A DNA stretch of 62,899 nucleotides, the filler included, from Octopus bimaculoides (lineage: Eukaryota), in assembly GCF_001194135.2 (NCBI RefSeq). It is 9 parts of 9 records of this genome, joined end to end, with 100 filler letters (N's around TTAATTAATTAA, not from the genome) between each part and the next. Parts side by side here need not be neighbours in the genome. Positions count along the whole stretch, not along the records: positions 61,381 to 62,899 come from NC_068986.1; 8 more parts are not named here. The stretch is one strand, 5' to 3'. Positions 61,460-62,899 of this stretch are shown here, in pieces. Each line of letters starts with the position of its first letter. Position 1 is the stretch's first letter. The position numbers and the translations under genes were made by a program. Below the pieces are notes generated by a model. That model was given only the letters and a program-made list of their open reading frames with translations, ran no database searches and was not told the origin of the DNA.

Positions 61460-61750
61460 GTGGATGATCGTTGACTGTTCAACCAGCTATTCTGATATGA
61501 TTATATGTCTGTGCACAAGTTTGAATGTGATGTGTGCCAGATGGCTTGCAAATCCAATGGGGGTCTTAAAAGACATGTTAGGATCCACAATGAGCAGAGC
61601 TTACCTGCAGGTATTGGTAGTGCAAATCAGAGGTGCAATCTGATTTTTTTTCAAAACATTGTCTGGTTTAAAACGCCACATTAGACGCCATGAAACGGCT
61701 AAGGTGTAGGTGCAGGAGGTGGTCAAACTGTGTAAGGAGTAGACAACTAC
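61460..61750 (+). mobile_element. LINE 3' end with two decayed C2H2-like fingers
   Basis: KFECDVCQMACKSNGGLKRHVRIH and frameshifted TLSGLKRHIRRH*, then a (TA)n tail. Confidence 0.55.
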
Positions 61751-62084
61751 CATATATATATATATATATATATATATATCATTGTAAAGATATTTTCGTA
61801 ATATTCATATAAAACGCGTACAAAATTTATATTCAAGTATTTACGGGTATGTATATGCATGCATGTATGCTCATATGTATGCACATATGTACGCATGCAT
61901 ATAAGCATGCATATATGTATGCATGTATGTATTTGTCATTATGATAGTGTCAGAGAAGGTGTTATAATGTGAATGATATCCAGTTGTAAATTCAGAAAAA
62001 TATTTTAAAAAATTCAAATGTGCTTAAAAATGCTTACTTCAGTTCAATAAAAATGAAGTGTAAAGTAGATCAGTCATTCTTTCT

Positions 62085-62899
62085 CTATTTTATCGTATAC
62101 ACGCTCCTGGTGTTATTTCTTGTTTTTTCTTTACAACATATTTGTTTCAAGTTCTTGCGAAATATTTTACTGGCGACAAAATATAAAATGAAATTAAGGC
62201 AATTATTTATATACGCTAACATATCCAAGATAAGAAATGTACTTGCACTTTCACACATATCATCATGTGGATGTAAAGAGGCATATGCAGACACTGGAAA
62301 TGTTGTTAGTAAAAATGCGATATTTATAGCGATGACGATATATATGGTGCTCTTGGATTGGGTTGATCGATTGTGTTGTGAATGTTGCCCGAGATTTGGT
62401 CGCTGAAGTAATTTATATATCATAAGGATGGAGGTAATGGACAAAAGTACAGCTGGTAAGAAGGAGTAGATCGTGAGCTGGGAAAGAATCTGATATTTGA
62501 ATGTTTTCAATAATATTATCGTAAGTGCAAATGCTATACATACACAAGCAAGGATTATCAGAAGTATGACATACGGAATGTAGGGTTTAGGGGGCAAACG
62601 GCGAGAAAATGGGAAGCAAACCACCAACAAACGATTTGTAGATATCATAACTGTTATCCACGAAGAATATGTAGATATGATGATAAGTATATAACCATAT
62701 ATGTTATTGTTAAAGATGTAGTCCATGTTCCCATGCGGCAAACTAACGAATATACTTCTTGTATAAGCTATGCATATTGTAAGTAAGTCCACCAACAATA
62801 GAAAGAAAAGATATGGAGCTATATGTGACTGACGCATTTGTTTATTGCAATATGTGCCAATGACAGCTAAATTTCCAAACGTCCCAAAGGTTAATAATA
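62085..62899 (-). CDS. Intronless class A GPCR, FMRFamide-receptor-like / mollusc-expanded type; N-terminus beyond the window
   Basis: The frame stays open upstream of the ORF-track Met to the window edge (LLTFGTFGNLAVI = TM1 GN motif). TM2 LLLVDL; TM3 SSWITVMISTNRLLVVCFP; TM5 YSFLPAVLL; TM6 AFLLTTFP; TM7 INNCLNFILY; helix 8 SKIFRKNLKQICC; stop TAG at 62085-62087. Confidence 0.9.
   Translation of the reverse strand, partial: LLTFGTFGNLAVIGTYCNKQMRQSHIAPYLFFLLLVDLLTICIAYTRSIFVSLPHGNMDYIFNNNIYGYILIIISTYSSWITVMISTNRLLVVCFPFSRRLPPKPYIPYVILLIILACVCIAFALTIILLKTFKYQILSQLTIYSFLPAVLLSITSILMIYKLLQRPNLGQHSQHNRSTQSKSTIYIVIAINIAFLLTTFPVSAYASLHPHDDMCESASTFLILDMLAYINNCLNFILYFVASKIFRKNLKQICCKEKTRNNTRSVYTIK

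Noticed and set aside
61490-61710. Host C2H2 zinc-finger gene
   Set aside because: Frameshifted, no TGEKP linkers, ends in a LINE-like 3'UTR with a (TA)n tail, and a related finger occurs at about 28070 in the same context.

Overview
Eukaryotic nuclear DNA, most likely from an octopus or other coleoid cephalopod draft assembly. This is inferred from the SINE families, AT-richness and microsatellite load, not from a search. The window is not one continuous locus. Eight identical 100-nt spacers (N44-TTAATTAATTAA-N44) split it into nine segments, and many 10-N gaps carry falsely duplicated flanks. Three protein-coding genes are supported: (1) seven + strand exons of a TEP1-like TROVE-domain gene (951-12516), both ends missing; (2) three + strand exons of a divergent exostosin gene closest to EXTL3 (21214-26991), 3' end missing; (3) a - strand intronless class A GPCR of the FMRFamide-receptor-like type (62085-62899), N-terminus off-window. 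The rest is mostly mobile DNA: several tRNA-derived SINE families, RTE and RLE-type LINE ends, mariner/pogo/hAT/Helitron relics, a decayed BEL/Pao pol, a Penelope GIY-YIG relic and two Penelope-type minimal hammerhead cores. The best unexplained signals are a 157-205 nt imperfect RNA hairpin with a pre-miRNA-sized core (31161-31317) and a young element with 37-bp TIRs and an 8-bp TSD that carries TTAGGG repeats (36030-36691). I found no clearly new multi-gene system. Most long ORFs in the supplied track are N-run or microsatellite artefacts. Repeat boundaries are approximate unless TIR or TSD evidence is given.
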